Program-made: the position numbers and the translations under genes | Notes under the pieces: generated by a model | What the model was told of the DNA's origin: nothing | Databases searched by the model: none | Seen by the model: only the letters and a program-made list of their open reading frames with translations | From: Scenedesmus sp. PABB004 | Taxonomy: Eukaryota | Length of the DNA stretch: 64,000 nt | Direction of reading: 5' to 3' | Assembly (NCBI GenBank): GCA_014905635.1 | Contig: JABVCE010000029.1 | Span: 310,001 to 374,000 of the forward strand | In this document: positions 1 to 12,590 of the stretch, one piece after another | Numbering within the stretch: position 1 is the stretch's first letter | How the letters are laid out: every line of letters begins with the position of its first letter

Positions 1-364
1 GGGCAGCGTCGGCACGCCGCCGGGCTTGAGCTGCGCGGGCGGCACGGCGCGGGGGGCGGGTGGGCGGCGGCGCGCGCGCGCTGCGCACCCCGCGCGCGTC
101 GGCCCGCGCGCCGCCGCCGCCGCCGCCGCGCCCGCCGCCTCACCTCGACCTGGCCGAGCATGTGCAGGCGCAGCTCGCGCAGCCCCGCGAGCGGCGCGCT
201 GCTGGTGCGCATGATCTTGCACAGCCCGGTGACGCAGACGTCGAGCCGCGCCAGCGCGCCCTGCCCCCGCAGCACGTCGCCGTACGGCGTGAGACCCGGC
301 GGCGCGTCGCTCAGCGGCGGCGGTGGCGGCGGCGGCGGCAGCTCCGCCTCGACCGCGGCCGCCG

Positions 365-402
<38 letters not shown>

Positions 403-2925
403 TGCTGCTGTTGCTGCTGGTGCTGCTGCTGCTGCTGCTGCTCCATGTGCTCCGCTGCCGCCGCCGCCGCCGCCATGAACGCCGCATGCGCCTCCTGCTG
501 CGCCGCAGGCGGCGCCTGCGCCTCCGCCTCCGCCGCCGCCGCCTGCGCCGGCGCCTGCGCCGCCGCCTGTGCCGCCGGCGGCGCCGCCGGCGCGAGCTGC
601 GCGAGCACCTCCGCTGGCCCGAGCTGCGCGACCAGGTCCAGCGCAAAGCCAGGCGCCAGCACCTGCGCGCGGCGCGGCGGTGGGCGGCGTGGGCGCCGTC
701 GGCGCGGGCGGCGGGCGCCGCCGCGCCCCGCCCCTCCTCACGCCAGTGCGGCGCCCGCTGGCAGCGCCGTGGTCGCTGCTGCGCGCGGCCCGCACCTGGT
801 CCAGGACGTCATTCTCAATCGCCTGCAGGTCTGCCAAGGCGAGCCCCTGCGCCACGCCCTGCTGCAGCGCCTGCTGGATGCCCTCGACCACCGCCGCCTG
901 CAGCGCCTCCTGCAGCTGCGCCGCGGCGGCCGCGGGGAGCGGCCCCGCCGCGCCGGCGGCGACGCCGCCGGCCGCCGCGCCGCCCGCCGCGACGCCGCCG
1001 GCCGCCGCGCCTGCCGCGGCGGCGTGGAAGCCGCCCTGCGGCGCGAGCGCGGCGCCCAGGAAGCCGCCGGGCTGGCCGCCGCCGGCCTGCAGGAAGCCGT
1101 CAAAGGCGGGCGGCAGCGCCTCCTGCTCCCAGTCCTGCGCGGCGCGGGCGGGCGGGCGCGGGCGGGGCGGGCGGGCGCCGCCGCGCGTGGGCGGCGGGCT
1201 GCGGCCGCGCCTGCCGCCGCCGCCACACGCTGCCCCCAGCCGCGCGCGCGTGCGCACCTGGAGGTCGGGCAGCACGAACGAGCCGTGCCCCACGTTGCGC
1301 AGGCGCTTATACGACACCTCCTCCAGCGCCGGCGCGAGCACCACGAGCGGCAGGCGCCACCAGAGCGTGCCGCAGCGCAGCACGCGCAGCCCGGGCAGCA
1401 GCGGCACGCGCACGCGCGCGCCGCTGACGACGAGCTCGCCAGGGCCGGCGCCGCCGATGCCGCCGCCTCCGGGGCTGCCGGCGCCGGCCGGGCTGTGCGG
1501 CGGCGGGCTGCCGCCGCCGCGGCCGGCGCGCGCCGCGGCCATCGCGGCGGCCACCGCCGCGGCCTCCTCGGGGGAGAGCCGGCTGCCGAGCTGGTCGTCC
1601 TGGCCCTCGGCGCTGTAGCCCATGACCAGCTCCGGCAGCACCAGGTTGGTGAGCGCGGCGCAGGCCGAGAGCGGCTGCAGCATGCGCAGGCTCGGCGCCC
1701 AGTGGCCGACCTCGACCGCGAGGCTCCGCAGCGCCGTCAGCGCGGCGACGCACTGCACCGCGCCGAGGGGCATCTGGTGGTGCGGGGCGAACCAGTCGTT
1801 CGGGGACGACGCGCGCAGCGCGAGGCGCGTGAGCGCGGCGAGCGCGGGCAGGGCGCAGAGCAGCGCGCCCGCCGCGGCGACGCCGCTCGCGCCGGCGTCG
1901 CCGTCGGCGCCGGCGTGCTGCAGCTTGAGCTCCAGGCGCCGCAGGCCCGCCGGCAGCGGCAGCGCCTCCTCCCCCGGCGCCAGCAGCAGCGGCGCGTCGA
2001 CCTCCAGCGCGCGCAGGCCGGCGAGCGGCGCGACCGCCGCCGCCCACTGCTGCGCCGTGAGCGCCTGCCCCGCGGGCGGGCTCGAGCCCGGCGCTGCCGC
2101 GGCGCGGCGAGCGCGAGCGCGGTGAGCTGGCTGAGCGCGCCCACGCGCGCCGCGCACTCGCCGCGGCAGGGCAGCGCGAGGCGCAGCGCGCGAAGGTGCG
2201 GGAGGCCGCGCAGCACGTCGAGCATGCGCGCGAGCTTGGCCAGCCAGCGGCTGCCGTGCCGCGGCCCCGCCACGAGCGTCACGCAGCGCAGGCACGGCCC
2301 CGCCGCGGCGCCCAGCCGCGCCGCCAGCCGCGACAGCCTGTGCGCAGCGGCGTGCGCGCGGCGTGCGCGGCGGCGGGGGGGGGGGGGGGGGGGGCGTGAG
2401 TGTCGCTCCTGCCGCTGCCGCCGCTCCCGCTGCCGCTGCCGCTGCCGCTGCCGCTGCCGCTGCCGCTGCCGCTGCCGCTGCCGCTGCCGCCGCTGCCGCT
2501 CCTGCTGCCGCTGCTGCGCCGCGCGCCGATCGTCCCGCTGAGCCCCCGCCCGGCGCGCACCGATAGTTGAGAACGGCGTGCTCCAGTGCGCTCCAGGCGC
2601 CGCCGGGGGCGGTGGCGGCGACCGCCCACTGCTGCCGCTGCTGCGCGCCCGGCGGCGCGAGCTCGAGGCAGTCCTGCAGCATCAGCGTGCGCACGCCGTC
2701 CGAGAGGGAGCTAAGCAGCGCCAGCCGGTCCTCACAGATGCGGCAGGCGCCAGCGCCCTGGGCTGCCTCGCCCGTGGCCTGCGGCAGCAGCACGAGGCCT
2801 CCATCGCCATCGCAGAGCGCGCGCAACTCGCGCGACACTGCTCGCAGAGCCAGTCGCGACGAGGGCGACGCGAACTGCAGCAGCTGGTGCAGCGCCGGGA
2901 GCGGCAGGTCGAGGAGCTTGGCCAT
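1..2925 (-). CDS. F-box protein with LRR-like repeats and polyA/polyQ tracts (multi-exon, 3' end off window)
   Basis: ATG at 2925 gives MAKLLDLPLPALHQLLQFASPSSRLALRAVSRELRAL (F-box-like). Later exons carry LxxLxxL repeats (LPHLRALRL, LTALRSLAV, LAGLRELRL) and a polyQ tract. Confidence 0.65.
367..441. repeat. (CTG)n microsatellite encoding polyQ on the minus strand
   Basis: About 24 CTG/TTG units, read directly. Confidence 0.9.
2409..2517. repeat. (CTGCCG)n hexamer microsatellite (polyAla in the F-box gene frame)
   Basis: Tandem CTGCCG units, read directly. Confidence 0.85.
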
Positions 2926-3170
2926 CGCAGCACCGCTGCTCGTGCTGCGGGCGGCAGCCGCCCCGCATGCATGCACCCCGCGATCACAGCATCGGGCAGC
3001 GCACGGGTGGGCGGCAGGGGGCGTGGGGCGGGAGCTTGAGCGGCGGCGGGGTTCGAGCGTCGCTTGGCACGTTGCCCCCCAGGGCCGCCGCGCAGCCCTG
3101 GACGGCGCACCAGTCAGCGCATCATCTCACCGCACTGCCACCACACCAGCCACAAGCCCCGGACTCACGC

Positions 3171-6100
3171 TCACAGCTCGCCGCCGCCGCCGCCGCCCAG
3201 CACGCGCGCGGCGAGCGCGCGCAGGCCCGCGAGCGCCGCGAGCGCCGCGGCCAGCGCGGCCATGGCGAGCACCGCGAGCAGCGCGACCGTGCGCACCGCC
3301 GCGCGGCGCTCGCGCGCGACGCGCTCCGCCTCGCGCGCCGCGGCCAGCGCGTCGCGCTCAGCGCGGGAGAGCTTCTTGGTGCCCTTGGCGCCGCCGCCGC
3401 CCGCGGCGGCCGCAGCTGCCGCCCGCGGCTCCGGCTGCGCGGGCTTGACCGGCGGCGCCGGCGCCGCCGCCGCCGCCGCTGCGTCGGGGCTGGCGCCCCT
3501 GTCGCCGCCGCGCGGCGGCGCCTTGGCCGCCGCCGCCGCCGCGCACTCGGCGTCGCAGGGCAGCAGCTTCAGCGCCGTCGAGCCGTCGTAGGCGCCGCCA
3601 GCGCCGGCGCCGCCGGCCGCGAGCGCGGCCCGCACCTTGGCGCACGGCCACTTCTGCTTGAGCCGCCTGCAGGCGCAGCGCACCGCCACCTCCTCGCCGC
3701 ACGCGTCGGCGCTCGGGCACGGCCCCGCGTGGCACGCGGCGGCGCACACGTGCGGGCAGCGCGGCAGCTGGCGGTGGCAGGGCTTGCCGCAGCACAGCGC
3801 GGCGCCGCCGCCGGCGCCGCCGCCGCCCTCCGCCCGCAGCGCCTCCAGCTCGACGCAGGGGAAGCGCAGCGTCGTCTTGCCGCAGTTGCAGCCCGCGCTC
3901 ACGGGCTCGCTGCACGGCGGGCAGGGCCCGGGGTGGCAGCCCCGCGCGCACGCGTGCGCGCAGGCGCGCGGCCGGCCGCAGGGCCGCGCGCACGCCTCGC
4001 ACGGCTCCGGCGGCGGCGCGGCCGCCGCGCCGGCGGCGGCCGCCGCGCCGCCCGCGACCGCGTGGCAGGGCTTGCCGCACGCGTGGTTGCCGCACGCCAG
4101 CGGCCGCCCGCACGCCTGCTCGCAGCTGAACGGCCGCAGCGCGTGGCACGGGAAGGTGCGCCGCCCGTGCCCGCCCACGCACGCCATCTCCACGGGCTGG
4201 CCGCAGGGCGGGCACGGCCGCTGCGCGCCGCCGCCCGCGGCCGCGGCCGCGGCGGCCGCGGCGGCAACCGCCGCGGGCGGCTGCTCGTGCTGCGGGCGCG
4301 GCTGGCCCTTCTTGGCCGCCGCCGCGGCCGCGGCCGCCGCCTGGGCCGTTGACAGCGGCGGCTTGGGCGGCTCAAACGGCGCGACCGCGGGCGGCACGGC
4401 GTCGTGGCAGCCCGCGCTGGAGCACGCGTGGCCGCAGCCCAGTGTGGTGCCGCAGGCGAGCCTGCGGGCGCGGGCGCGGCGGGGCGGCGCGGCGTCGGCG
4501 GCACGGCGACGGGGCCGGGGTGCCTGCGCGTGTGCGGCCGGCCCGACCGTCACGCGCGCGGCAACGCACGTGCAGGGCGGGCAGGGGCCAAAGTGACAGC
4601 GGTGCGGCTTGATGGCGGCCGCGTGCCGGCACGTGGGCGCAACGAGGCAGCGCTGGACGCAGTGCGGCGCCAGCGCGGCCGCCTCCGCGCCGCAGGGCAG
4701 CGTGTAGCCGGACCGCCCGCAGGCGCACTTGACCGTCTGCGCCAGCGGGCACGGCCTGCGAGCGGCGACACGCCGGCAGCTGGTCAGCGAGCCGCCGCCC
4801 CGCCGCCCCGCCGCGCCGCGCAGCGCCGCACCTGCAGGGCCCGCTGTGGCACGGCGCGGGGCAGCGGTGGTTGCGGCAGCGGAGCCACTTGTTGCAGACC
4901 TCCTCGCACGGCGGGCAGCTCTCGCCGTCGCAGCACTTGCGCTTGCACGCGTGGCGCCCGCACGCGCGCATCGCGCCGCACTTGGCCTCGCAGCGCACGT
5001 CGGCCGAGCAGAGCACGTTCTGCTTCTCGCTGCGCCCGCAGCGGCAGGGCTTGGTCACCAGCTCGCGGCACACCTGGCGGGGGGCGGGGCGCGCCGCGGG
5101 CGGCGGCGGCGGCGGCGGTGCGGCATCAGCGACGAGCGGCAGACCGTGCGTGCGCGGGCGGGCGGCTGGCCTGCGCGCCGCCACCGCCGCCCCGAGCGCG
5201 CGCCTTGGTGCAGGGGCCGTGGTGGCAGCGCTCCTGGCACGTGTGCGCGCCGCAGGCCAGCAGCTTCCCGCATGTGTCGCCGCACAGGGGGGACTGCTCG
5301 TCGCACTTCAAGTCTGGGAACAGCTCCGCGCCGCACGGGCAGCGCCGCTCGCCCTCCTGCGGGCAGCCCCCGCAGGGGCCGGCGTGGCACACCTGCGCCC
5401 GGGGCGCGGCGCCGTGGGCGGCGCGTGAGCCGGGCGCTGGCGGCGTGCGGCTCGGCAGCGGCCGGCGGTCGCCCGCTCAAGCAGCCGCCAGCCGCCGCCC
5501 TGCGCACGCGCGGTGACTCGCCTGCTCGCAGCGGTGCCGCTCGCACGCCAGGGGCTTGCCGCAGACGCGGTCGCACTGCCAGTCGGCCTGCCAGCAGGGC
5601 AGCTGCGCCGCCTCGGCGCCGCACGCGCAGCGGTGCGTGCCAAGCTGCGGGCGGGCGCAGGGACGGGCGAGCGCGTGAGCGCAAGTGAGGCCGCGGGGGA
5701 GGCCCCGTGCCGTCGCCGGTGGGCAGGGCCAGCGGCGGCTCACCTGCTGGCACGGCGCGCAGGGCCCCTTGTGGCAGGCGTCGGGGCAGGCGTGCCCGCA
5801 CGCGAGCTTGCGCCCGCACACGCCGCCGCAGCCAAACTCGTTGTGCCCGCAGCGCTGCTTCAGCCGCGCCTTGCCGCACCAGCACGCCGCGTCGACGAGC
5901 AGGGGGCAGGGCGGGCAGGGCCCCGGGTGACACAGCAGCATGCAGCGGTGGCTGCACCCGCCCGGCAGCTCCCTGCCGCGGCGCGGGCGCGCGCGGGCGA
6001 GCAGGCGTCGGCGGCGGCGCGGCCCACGGCCCGCGTCGCGCGCCCCCGGCCCCGCACTCACTTGCCGCACAGCTCGCCGCACGAGTGCGGCGCGAGCCAG

Positions 6101-6786
6101 GGGTCCCACTCCGGCTCGGGCTGCTTGCCGCAGAAGCAGGTGTATGCGCTGGGCAGCTGCTCCGCCGCGTACGCGCCGCGGCACTTGGGGCAGCCCCACT
6201 CGGCGGCCGCCGCGGCGCCGGCGCCGCCGCCGCCGGGCTCGCGGCTGGCCTTGTACGCCGCGGTCGACAGCTGGTTGCGTGCCCACTCCTGGATGCAGGG
6301 GAGGTGGAACAGCGCGTGGCACGACGATGCGCACGCCCAGACAGCGGCGGTGGGCTTGATGCCGCCGAGGCAGATGAGGCACACGGTCGAGTCGTGGCCG
6401 GCGCTGAGGTACTCCTTGACGCGCAGCAGCCCGCGCGCAAACACCGCGTCCCTGGCAGCACGCGGGGCAGCGGCGGCGGCGGCGGCGGCAGTGACGCGGC
6501 GGTGACGCGGGCGGCGGCGACGCGGGCGGCGGCGGCGCGAGCCGGGGCGGCGCGGCGCGGCGGCGCAGCGCACGTCGCCTCGTCGAGCTGCGCCTCGTCG
6601 CAGGCGTCCAGGTACTGCGCAAAGATGCTTGACTGGATCGCCTCGTCCTGGTCGCCGGCGTCCTGCAAGCGACGGCGCGCGGCGTGGCACGGGTGCAGCG
6701 CTGCTCGGGCAAGCACACGCGCGCCGCCGCCGCCGCCGCTGCGCGCGCACCTCGCCGGCGTAGCTGCCGCCCTCCGAGTCAGCCAT
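3171..6786 (-). CDS. NFXL1: NF-X1-type zinc finger protein (NFXL1/NFXL2-like): RING/PHD, many NF-X1 fingers, C-terminal TM helix
   Basis: Exons encode CLICLGGIKPTAAVWAC...FHLPCIQEW...WGCPKCR, YTCFCGK, PHSCGELC and repeated CGxHxCxxxCHxGPCxxC. Hydrophobic tail VALLAVLAMAALAAAL. Confidence 0.9.
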
Positions 6787-6902
6787 CGCGCCTCGCCCGC
6801 AGCCGCTGTGCCAGCGGGCGGCGGCAGTGAGCGGTCGGCCCGTGCCCGTGCGCGGCGGCCGGCCGCGCAGCGGCTGCCGCTCCGTCACCTAAATCTCGCC
6901 TA

Positions 6903-7260
6903 CTACTGGCCCTGCTGCTGCGGCTGCGGCGCCGCGGGGTCGTCCTGCTTCACGGGCAGGCGCTGCGGGGGCGCGGCAGCAGCAGCGCCGGCAGCGCGTG
7001 GCGGTGGCGGCGGTTGGCGGGCCGCGGCCGTGCCACCAGCGCACGCGCGACGGACACGCCGTTGCGCAAGGCACGCGGGCGCCTGCCGCCGCCACGCGAG
7101 GCAGCGGCTGCGCAGCAGCGGCGGCGGCCATTCGCCCGGCGCTCGCTCGCGTCGCGCCGGCGCTCGCTCGCACCAGGTCGGGGGCGTAGATCGCGTGCAC
7201 GCACGCCGCTCCCGCGAGCAGCGACGCCAGGGCGACGGCGTACGCCTTCAGCAAGCCCAT
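6903..7260 (-). CDS. 48-aa BRAWNIN/UQCC6 (C12orf73, DUF4516)-like mitochondrial microprotein; exons 7260-7174 and 6962-6903
   Basis: Spliced product MGLLKAYAVALASLLAGAACVHAIYAPDL|RLPVKQDDPAAPQPQQQGQ* via an in-frame GT-AG intron. Matches the GAxxVHxxYxPDLxxP family motif. Confidence 0.75.
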
Positions 7261-7467
7261 CCCGCGGCGGGCGCCGCTGCTGCGCGATCGCAGCTCGGCG
7301 GCGGCGGCGGGCGGTGCAGGCGGGCGCGTGTGCTGCAGGTTGCGTGCTTGCGGGCGAACATGGTGGTTGCCGACCGAATACCCCGCCTCGCTCATCGCTC
7401 AACCGCGAAAAACCGCTCGCCCCCCTCGCCGCTGCACTCGCTCGTGCCACTCGCTCGCTCGGCCGCG

Positions 7468-9508
7468 TCACACGGCGGTGCCGTCCTCACGCACGTGGAC
7501 GAACAGCGAGCCCTTGCTGCCGCGCGTGACGCGGAGCTCCTCGTCCAGGTACAGCCAGTCCACAAACCCGGTGCCCTGCGCGGGCGCGGCGCGGACACGT
7601 GACGTCGCGGCGGCGGTGCGGCGGCGGCGGCGGCGGCAGCGTCGTCGTCTGTGCGCGCGCGGCGCGCACCTTGATGCCGAGCGGCAGGCGGAGCGGCCCG
7701 GTGTTGAGCCCCGCGCCGCCGATGACGACGTCGGTGCGCACGTCGCTCAACGCCTCGCACGTCGCCTGCGCGCGCACCTGCGAGTGGCGCGGCGTGCGCG
7801 TTCGGCGGCGGCCCGCACGGAGCAGCAACGGAGCCGGCCTGCCGGGAAGCGGCGGCTGCCGGTGCGGCCGCACCTGCGTGATGCCGAGGTCCACCACGTT
7901 CTCGAGCGTGCCCGCCTCCGCGTCAATGATCTGATAGCTCTTGCTTTGCTTGGACCCCCACTTCTGCAGCGGGCTCGCGTCCTCGGCCTGCTGGCTCCAC
8001 ACAAGCCGCCACGTGCCGCCCACGAGCGGCGAGCGCGCGGGCGCGGGCGTGGGGTTGGCCGCCTCCAGCAGCTGCAGCAGCGCCAGCACCTCAGCGTCGT
8101 CGCCGCCGCCAATCGCCGCCATGAGCCGCGCCTTCAGCGGCACCTCCTTGCTCACTGCGCCGCGGCGGCCGGGGCGCGGGGCGTGCGTGCGTGTCGCGGC
8201 GCGCGCAGAGGGGCCGCGGCCCTCCGTGCCGCGCCGCGGGGTCAGTGACGCCGCGGCGCGCGGCGCGGCGCGCGGCGTGGGTTTGAAGGCACGCACGGAC
8301 AAAGAGGGTGCCCTTGTTGCCGCGCGCGAGGCGGAGCGTGCCGGCGGCGTTCATGTAGGTCGTGTCGATCCAGCCCTTGCGCTCGTCGCCGAGGAGGCGG
8401 AACGGCACGGGGTAGGGGATTTTGAACGGCAGGAACGCGAATTTGAACGCCGCGGTGTCAAACTGAAAGTCGATGCGCGCGTTGGGCCGCGCGGGCGGGT
8501 AGTTGGACGACTTGCCAAAGAGCGGGATCCCCGCGCCTTGCCTGCAGCGCGGCGGCGGGGCGGCACGGGCAGCGTGGGCGGCGGCGGCGGCGGCGGCTGG
8601 CCTCGGGCGGCGGCTGGCAACAGGCGGCGGCGGCGTGGGTGCGCCGCGCGCACCGCGGCGTAAAGCCCGGCAGCGGCCGCGACTCGGTGCTCGCCTCCGC
8701 CTCAACCTGCGCCGGCGCGGCGCGGGGGCGAGCGCGTTGCCGGCGCCGGTCAGCGCGCGCCGGTCGCGGCCCGAGCCCAGTGCTGCCGCGGCCGCCCGCC
8801 GTGCCAGCCAGGCACACACAGACCTTGAGGTAGCCAATGGAGGACCCAAACTCCACCACGTTGTTCACGCGCGGCGGCTGGTCGCCCGACAGCGCGACCT
8901 CCTGGAACACCGAGAAGGCCTCGGTGCTGACAAAGGCGCGCTGGATGGGCGACGCGCTGCCCGGGCGCGACGTGAAGAGCAGGCGCCAGCGGCCGTCAAT
9001 CTGCTCCAGCGCCGTGGGGTCCGGCACGCCGCCGTCGGCCTCGAGCGCCTCGACCGCCGCACTCAGCGCCGCCGTCTGCTCCTCCGACAGCCCCGCCTTG
9101 CCGCGGCCCCTGGCGCTCGCGAGCGCCGTCAGCAGCGCCGCCTCTGCCGCGTCGACCTGCGCGGCGGGCGGGTGCGCGCGCGGGCGGCGTTGTGCGGCGC
9201 GGCGCAGCGGCGGGCCGCGCCACGGCGCGGCGGAGGGCGTGGCGAGCCGGCTGCAGCACGGCAACCGGCTACTGCTACAGCTGCAGAGAGAGCTGCAGGG
9301 GAAGGCCGGGCCGGCGCGCCGCCTGGCGCGGCCGCGGGCGCCGCCAGCCACAGCAGCGCTCCGCCGGCGCTGCCCCGCGCCGCCGCGTCCGCACCCGCGC
9401 CGGCGTCGCCTTGCGCGTGGCGAGCTTGGCGCGGACCACGACCCCACGACGCGCCGGTCGCGCGGCTGCCACGCGCACGGGCGGCCCGCGCAGCAGTGGC
9501 GCTGCCAT
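7468..9508 (-). CDS. Plastid fibrillin with two PAP_fibrillin domains (FBN10-like)
   Basis: Transit peptide-like start (RRGVVVRA). Domain 1: IDGRWRLLFTSRPGSASPIQR...GWIDTTYM...RLARGNKGTLF. Domain 2: GTWRLVWS...FVDWLYLDEELRVTRGSKGSLFVH. Confidence 0.85.
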
Positions 9509-9871
9509 CGCCGACCTCCTGAGCGCGAGCGCGGGCGCGGGCTGCTGCGGAGGCTGCTGCGGAGCGCGAGGGGGCCGGAACGTGTGCTGGCGGTGCCGTG
9601 ACGCGCCGGCGTGTGCCTGCACGCCACCGCCGCACGGCGGGCGTGGAGGTCGTCGAGCGAGGTCTCACGGCGCTGCACCGCCGCCGGCTCTTGCCGCCGC
9701 GGTTCGCGACAGTCGTTTCATGCACAGGCCGCACGCCGGCCGGCAGAGGGCCGGCGGGCGAGGGGCGCGCGCGCGCTGCGGAGCGCACGGCGCGCAAGTC
9801 AAGGCACGCGGCCGAGCAAACAACTGCCTACGCCGGCCGCGTTCACGCCGCCGCCGCTCCGCCGCCGCCCC

Positions 9872-10154
9872 TCACGGGATCTGGCTGGAGAAGAGCTGCT
9901 CGCCCTCCTGCCACTCCGAGTTGTCGCAGCCTGCGCGCGGCGCGGCGCGGGCCGGGCGGCGCATCCAGGGCCGGCCGTTCCGGCGCCCGCCGCGAGGCGC
10001 TCCCCCGCGCGCACACCCGCCGTCCCGCGCCCGCCCGCCCCGCGCGCGCGCGCGCGCCGCACCGCTGCCGTAGGCGTATCGGTAGACGGATGAGAAGTCC
10101 TTGTCGCCCAGGCCCTCCGCCTCGACCTTGTCGTATAGCGCCTGCGGCGGCGGA

Positions 10155-10191
<37 letters not shown>

Positions 10192-12248
10192 GGCAGCCGT
10201 CAACGAGAGTCGGCGCAGGCACGCGCGGCCGCAGCCGCCGGCGCGCGCGGCGCCGCGCCGCGCCTGGATGGAGCGCGCGACGGGCGTGGGGCTGCGTGCC
10301 GTGTGCGCGGCCTCGAGCAGCAGGCGCAGGTGCTCGCCGATCGTGCTGGTGGGCAGGCCGGCGCGGTAGCCGCGGTTGCTGGGCAGCTCGGGGTCGCTCA
10401 GCACGCCCGGCACGGGGTTGTACTCCTCGCTGCTCCAGCAGCGCGCTGCGCCGTTGTTGATCACCTGCGCGCGCGCGGGTGGTGCGGAGACGGCCGAGCG
10501 CGCGCCCCTCTGAGCCGGAACCGGCGCGGGCGCCGGTTCTGGCCGCGCGCCCGCGCACGCCCCACGGCGGTCCGCGCGCGCGCGCCGGGCACGCACCTGC
10601 GTGAGCACCTTGGGCTCCAGGCCGAGGCGCTTCCCCAGCGCCAGCGCCTCCGAGAGCGCCGCCATGGTCGCCGCGAGCACCAGGCTGTTGCACATGCGCG
10701 CCGCGAGGCCCGCGCCGTGCCCGCCGCTGCGGCACGGCGCGCGGTGCGGCGCGCGGACGCGGGCGGCCCGCGTCAGGCGGCGCGCGGCACACGGCGCGAT
10801 GCGCGCGGCGGCAAGCCCCCCCCCCTGACTTGCGGCGCGCGCGCCCGCGCGCGGCTGCTCGCCAGTAGATGCTGTGCGGGCCCATCGCGCGCAGGATGGG
10901 CGTCGCCGCGTGCGCCGCGGCGGGGTGGCCGCCGACCATGAAGGTCAGGTCGCCGTGGGACGACCCCGTCACCGCGCCTGCGGGGCGAGCGTGGTTGCAG
11001 CGTGTGCTGCGTTGAAGGGCGTGCGCGCTGGCGGGGCTGGCGGGCTGGCCCGCTGGCGGGCTGGCGGGCTGGCGGGGTGGCGGCGCGGCGCGGCGCGCGG
11101 CGCGGCGGCGAGCGGCGGCGCTCACGCGTGACGGGCGCGTCGATGAGGTGCGGCTTGCCGTCGTGCAGCGTCAGCCCCGGCAGCGGCGGCGCGCTGGGCG
11201 CGAGGCGCAGCATGCCTGCCGCGGCGGCGAGCTGGCGCGTCGTCGCGGGGTCGACAGTCGTGCTGCGCGGCGCGGGCGCGCGAGGGGTTGAGCTGCTGCG
11301 CGCGGCTGTGCAGGACCCGCGCCGCGCCGCGCCGCGCGTCCTCGCGAGGCGCGGCTCGCAGGGCGCGCACCAGTCGATGAAGAGCGAGGCGGTGGGCCCG
11401 CCTGCGACCTTGAACAGGCCCTTGCTGCCGAGGTAGCACTCGCGCGCGTCGGGGCCGCTGTGCAGCATGCTGATGACGACCGGGACGTCCGGGTCGGACG
11501 AGATTTCTGCGGCGGGCGCAGGCTAAGAGCGCGCGGCGCGCGCGGGGAAAGGCGGCGGCGGCGCGGAGGGTGCGCGGCGCTCGCACCCGCGGGGCAGCTG
11601 CGCGCCTCGAGCGAGCCGCGCGGGTGGTCCTTGGCCACGTCGGCCGCGCGCGAGAGCGCCAGTCGGTTTGTGTCGTAGGCGACCACCACGGCGCCCTCGT
11701 CGAGGAGGTGGTTCACCATGCGGCTCCCCATCTTGCCCAGGCCGACGAAGCCAATCTGAGGAGGAGGAGAGGGACGAGGGGGAGTAGGCGAGCGGCGGCA
11801 CGGTTGCGACGCCCGCGCCCCCGCTGCGCGCGGCGGGCCCCAGCCGCCGGCCGCGCCGGCGCGCCGGCCGGCCGCGCCGGCGCGCCGCCCGGCCGCCGCC
11901 GCCACGCGCGCCGCAGCCGCCGCCCGTGCGCGGGGAGGTGTCGACGTCGCACTCCCGACCTAACGACCGCCGGCGGACCGCTGCTCGCGCGCCGCGGCGC
12001 CCCCGCGACCGCGCGGCGGCGAGCTGCCCGCCGCGCGCCGCTGCGGCGCCGTGCCGCCCCCGGGCGCCGCGGCCGGCGGTCCATCGGTGCGGGGATGCGG
12101 CCCGCTCGGTCCACGCACCCACCTTGTGACCAAACGCCGCGCCGGCGGCGGTCGACAGCATCGCCGCGCTCCCGGAGCCCGCCAGCGCTCCGCCCAGGGC
12201 GCGCGCGAGGCCGGCGCCCGCTGCCCGCATGACGGTGCCGCTGATCAT
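9872..12248 (-). CDS. 3-hydroxyisobutyrate dehydrogenase-like protein with degenerate active site (alternative start 12230)
   Basis: IGFVGLGKMG Rossmann motif, LTFMVGG, EALALGKRLGL, RCWSSEEYNPVPGV, KDFSSVY. Mitochondrial presequence-like N-terminus. Confidence 0.85.
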
Positions 12249-12590
12249 CTCAACAGCAGCGGCGTGGCGCCACGCCGCGGGCGCGCTGCTGCGCACGGAA
12301 GCGGCTGTCGCTGGCGCTGGGCGTTGAGGCTGCGCGGCGACGTGCGTGGCGCGTGACGGGCGGGCGGTGTGTGGCGCGGTAGGGGGCGCGGGCGCGCGGG
12401 CGCAGCGCCGCGCCGCGTCGCAGCCGCCGGTGGTTGTCGCTCGCGCGTTGCTCGCCCGCAAACGCCTCGCTCACCCCAAGCCCCTCTCGCTCACGACAGA
12501 CAGGACAAAACCGCGGCAGGCGCCGCGCTGCGCCGGGCCGCCGCCGCCGCCGCCGCGCGCTGCGCGACGCGCGTCGCGAATCGAGCGCGC

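Noticed and set aside
160..2541. 793-aa plus-strand ORF with polyCys and (RC)n
   Set aside because: Antisense shadow of the polyQ/polyAla tracts in the minus-strand F-box gene. Stop codons are scarce at this GC content.
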